From Chiloscyllium plagiosum (taxonomy: Eukaryota): DNA of 64,000 bases. Where the stretch lies: positions 58,278,647-58,342,646 of the forward strand of contig NC_057730.1 of assembly GCF_004010195.1 (NCBI RefSeq), read 5' to 3'. Positions 60,628 through 64,000 of this stretch are shown piece by piece (position 1 is the first letter of the stretch; every line of letters begins with the position of its first letter). A program made the translations under genes and the position numbers. The notes beneath the pieces were generated by a model, which saw only the letters and a list, made by a program, of their open reading frames with translations, had not been told where the DNA came from and did no database searches.

Positions 60628-61195
60628 CATGTATTGCTGAGGCTGTATAAGGCTGTGGCCAGACTATGTTTATAATGTGAACGTTCAGATTTTTGAGTCC
60701 CATATTGTGGGTTGGATGTGCTCATTTTGGAGAGAGTCCTGAGGATATTTACAAGAATGATACTGCGGAGTGAGGGGCTTGTCATTTGAGGACTCTTGAC
60801 CCTACTTGATGGAGTTTAGGAGGATATGAGGATCTCATTCAAAATTAGAGATGGCTGAGATGCCTGGATAACGTGGATGTGGAGATGATGTTTCCACTAG
60901 TAGGAGAAACTCGAATGAGAGAGCACAATCTCAGGAAGAAGAGAATACCATTAGGATTGTGATGACGACTTTCTTCAGTTTGAGGGATGTGCATCCATGG
61001 AAATCATGGCCTCCACAGCCTTCTGTGGCAAAATTGTTGAATGTACTTACGACTTACATAAGTCCTTGATTCGTATGGGGATCAAGGGTTATGGGGAGAA
61101 GACAGGAGAACATAGTTGAGAAAAATATCAGCCATGATCGAATGGCATAGCAGATATGATGGATTGAATGTACTAATTCTGCTCTATCTCTTAGG
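60628..61195 (+). mobile_element. Old CR1 3' part
   Basis: Degenerate TTGCTGAGGCTGTATAAGGC.. through 3' UTR ATCAGCCATGATCGAATGG. Confidence 0.75.
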
Positions 61196-62099
61196 ACTAA
61201 TGACAGAAACTAAGATTAGAATGATCATATCTGCTTTTCTTGTCTGTAATACAGTAAAGCAAATTATATGAATATTCAAAAGCATTCCTACTGTTTATTC
61301 ATCACATGCAAAAAGACATAAGATGCAAACTGAGAGATGCAAACAGCATAAATTTAAAGAACAGATCAGAATCTCGCATAGCAATTCTTTTTTCTAAATA
61401 GCATAGTTCCAACCCAACATACAATTGAACTGAATGCTTTTGGTCTCTAATGATGTACCACAGAAAAGATGGCCTTTTGGCCCATTCTGCCTGTGGAGAG
61501 GTTTATAATTAATCCCAGTCCCCTGCTCTCTTCCTGTATTCCTAACTTTTCTTCTTTTGGTTTACTTTATGTATTTATCTGGCTAGCTTTTTTTTAACAT
61601 TACTGTTGAATCCACTTCCACCATCCCCTTTTTGTGCATTCCTGCTCAAAATATCTCATTGTCTAAAAGTAAAATGTTAATTTTTTTTTGCAGTTACTTA
61701 AATCCAAGTCATCTAATTTCCAGTCCTTCTGTTAGTGGAGACAGGGGAAAAAACTATATCTTTTCAGCACTTTTATCAAATCTCCTCCTGTTCTTCTCTC
61801 GTTGTGTGTGGTGCTAAGAAGAACAGCAGATCAGGCAGGATCCAAGATGCAGCTGCTTGTTGTATCCTGCCTGATTTTGTGCTTTTCCAGCGCCACACTC
61901 TCGATTCTGATCTCTAACATCTGCAGTCCTCATTTTCTCGTCTTGATCTTCTGTACTTTTTAAGAAAAAATGTAGTGAATTGTTCTCACTTTTTGGTAAC
62001 ATTCTAGCAAATCTTAGTACCTTTAAACTTAATGATATTAAGATCACTTCTCCAAATGCTCTGCTCCACTTACCCAACCTCACTGAACTTTATCTGGCA

Positions 62100-62985
62100 G
62101 GACTTGCTTCCTTGTTGGTCTACATTCAAATTGTGTGGAACACTAATTTTTATATAAATCACTTGAGGATTCTTCCCACTCCTTTTCCCCTTTAGTGATT
62201 CCTAAAAGATCACCACCAATGCCTGCACAATCTGCTCAGCTGTCTCCTTCATAACTCTGGTATCGTCCATCCAGATTGATACACTTCAGATCTTTCAGCT
62301 TCCCCAGCACTTTCTCCTTCATGATGGCCACTAAATTCACCTCTGCCCCCGACTCCCCTGAAGTTTTGTTGTACTGGTGTCTTGAATCATGAAGATTGAT
62401 GCAAAGTATTCAGTTCCTTCACAGTTTCTTTGTTCCCTATTACATTCTTGCCCAGCTTCATTTCCAGCAGTCTGACGTCCACTCGTGCTTCTTTGTTAGG
62501 TTTTTATATGTCTGAAAAAGCTCTTGCGATCTTCTTTTATGTAACTAGCTAGCTTACCCTCACATTTCATCTCTCCATTTATTGTTTTTTTTAGTTCTTC
62601 ACTGGTTTTTAAAGACTTCCCAATAACCACCTTCATACTGTATCCTTTTGCTTTTATGCTGTGCCTGACTTGCCTTGTCAGCGTGATAGCTTCATTCTCC
62701 CCTCAGTATGTTCTTTCTGAGAGGCATAAAAAGAATTCATCCTAAGTTAGCCCCAGAAATTCTTACATTGCTGCTCCACTGTCTTCCCTCTCAATCAACT
62801 CTGGCTAGGTCCTCACTCACCTTTGTCGTTAACTTGACTCAATTGTAATACTGTAACATCTGATTCCAGCTTCTTTCCCTCAAACTGCAGGGTAAATTCT
62901 TTCATATTAAGGTCACTGCCCCCTAAGGTTCCTTCTTCATAAGCTCCCTAATCAAGTCTGCCTCGTTATACATCACCAAATCTAT
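62100..62985 (-). mobile_element. Old CR1 ORF2 internal fragment
   Basis: Degenerate APE-RT linker region. Confidence 0.6.
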
Positions 62986-63372
62986 ATTAATAATTTTCTC
63001 CATGTCAAATGCTGGTTATTCCAGGAATGTTCTTCCCAGTGTGGTTAAAGTGCAGCCTTTTCATCTTGAAAAGCTTGCTTGTGCTCCAATATCTTGCAAA
63101 TATAATGGCCTCTCTCCTACTTTGTTTTGGATGAGAGATTGAACCGAGGTTCTGTCTGTCCTCTCGGGATGTAAATGATCTCCAGGACATTGTTTTGGTG
63201 CCAAGCGTAGAATTAACTCGCTGCCCTGGCCAATACCGTATATACTCATGTAAGAGTAGATATTACGCAAAAGTTGACTCCTTATCTTTGACCAGAAAAT
63301 CTTATTTTCCATACATCTTGTGTAAAAGTCGATCCTGCGATATCGCATTATAAAGCTCTTAGAAAGGAACAC

Positions 63373-64000
63373 ATGACTGCAGGAATGGTGCAGATTTTAG
63401 ATCTTGGATAATTGGGGTTCTTTCTGGGGAAGGTGGGACCTCTGCAAGCAGGATAGGCTTCACCTGAACCAGAGGGTACCAATACCTTTGGGTGGAATTT
63501 GCTAATACTCTTCGGGGAAGGGGGAGGCGGTGGGGATTAAACTAATGTAACGGGGATGGGACTCTGAATTGTAGTTCCAGTGTACAGGAGGTTGAGGGTA
63601 GTGAGGTCAGGGATAGATTTACAAGGTCGTGAGAGGGCACCGGCAGTTAGGATGTTGGTTTGAAATGTGTGTACTTCAACGCAGGAATAAGATGGGTGAA
63701 CTTGCAGCATGGATTGGTACCTGAGATTTTGATGATGTGGCCATTTCAGAGAGGAGGGACAGGAATGGTTGTTGCAGGTTCTGGGGTTTAGATGTTTCAG
63801 CAAGAACAGGGATGATGGGAAAAGGGTTGGGGGGGGGGAGGGGGGGGGTGGTTGACATTGTTAATCAAGGGTAGTATTACAGCAGCTGAGGTAACATTTG
63901 AGTCATCCGCTGAGGTTAGAAACAGGAAAGGAGGGGTCATCCTGTTGAGAGTATTCTATAGGCCTCCGAATAGTTCCAGGGATGCAGAGGAAAGGACAGC
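63373..64000 (+). mobile_element. CR1 ORF1 end / ORF2 APE start; runs off the window
   Basis: Colinear with ~5980-6600; CVYFNAG, VFYRPPNSSRD. Confidence 0.88.

Overview
This is vertebrate genomic DNA, not prokaryotic. The CR1/V-SINE/Penelope repeat landscape suggests a cartilaginous fish, probably a shark (inference). The window holds the last five exons of CCP110 (4600-19392, +) followed in tandem by exons 1-7 of VPS35L/C16orf62 (21791-60482, +; the gene continues beyond the window), the same order as human 16p12.3. A CpG-rich promoter of uncertain ownership lies at ~2860-3260, next to a minisatellite and a 500-N gap. Introns are packed with CR1 LINEs, a decayed Gypsy element, SINEs, MITEs and at least three Penelope-like element (PLE) families. 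Two observations stand out. (1) Each PLE family carries its own minimal hammerhead-ribozyme motif (CUGANGA...GAAA-NN-UH), and many copies are fold-back insertions with 11-15 bp target-site duplications; several motifs with intact cores sit on the sense strand of host introns. (2) The CCP110 terminal exon can be read in two frames, switched by an 80-nt cassette exon, matching my recollection of the two human CP110 C-termini. Nearly all ORFs in the supplied track are TE remnants or spurious. Protein and family assignments are from memory, not database searches, and repeat boundaries are approximate.
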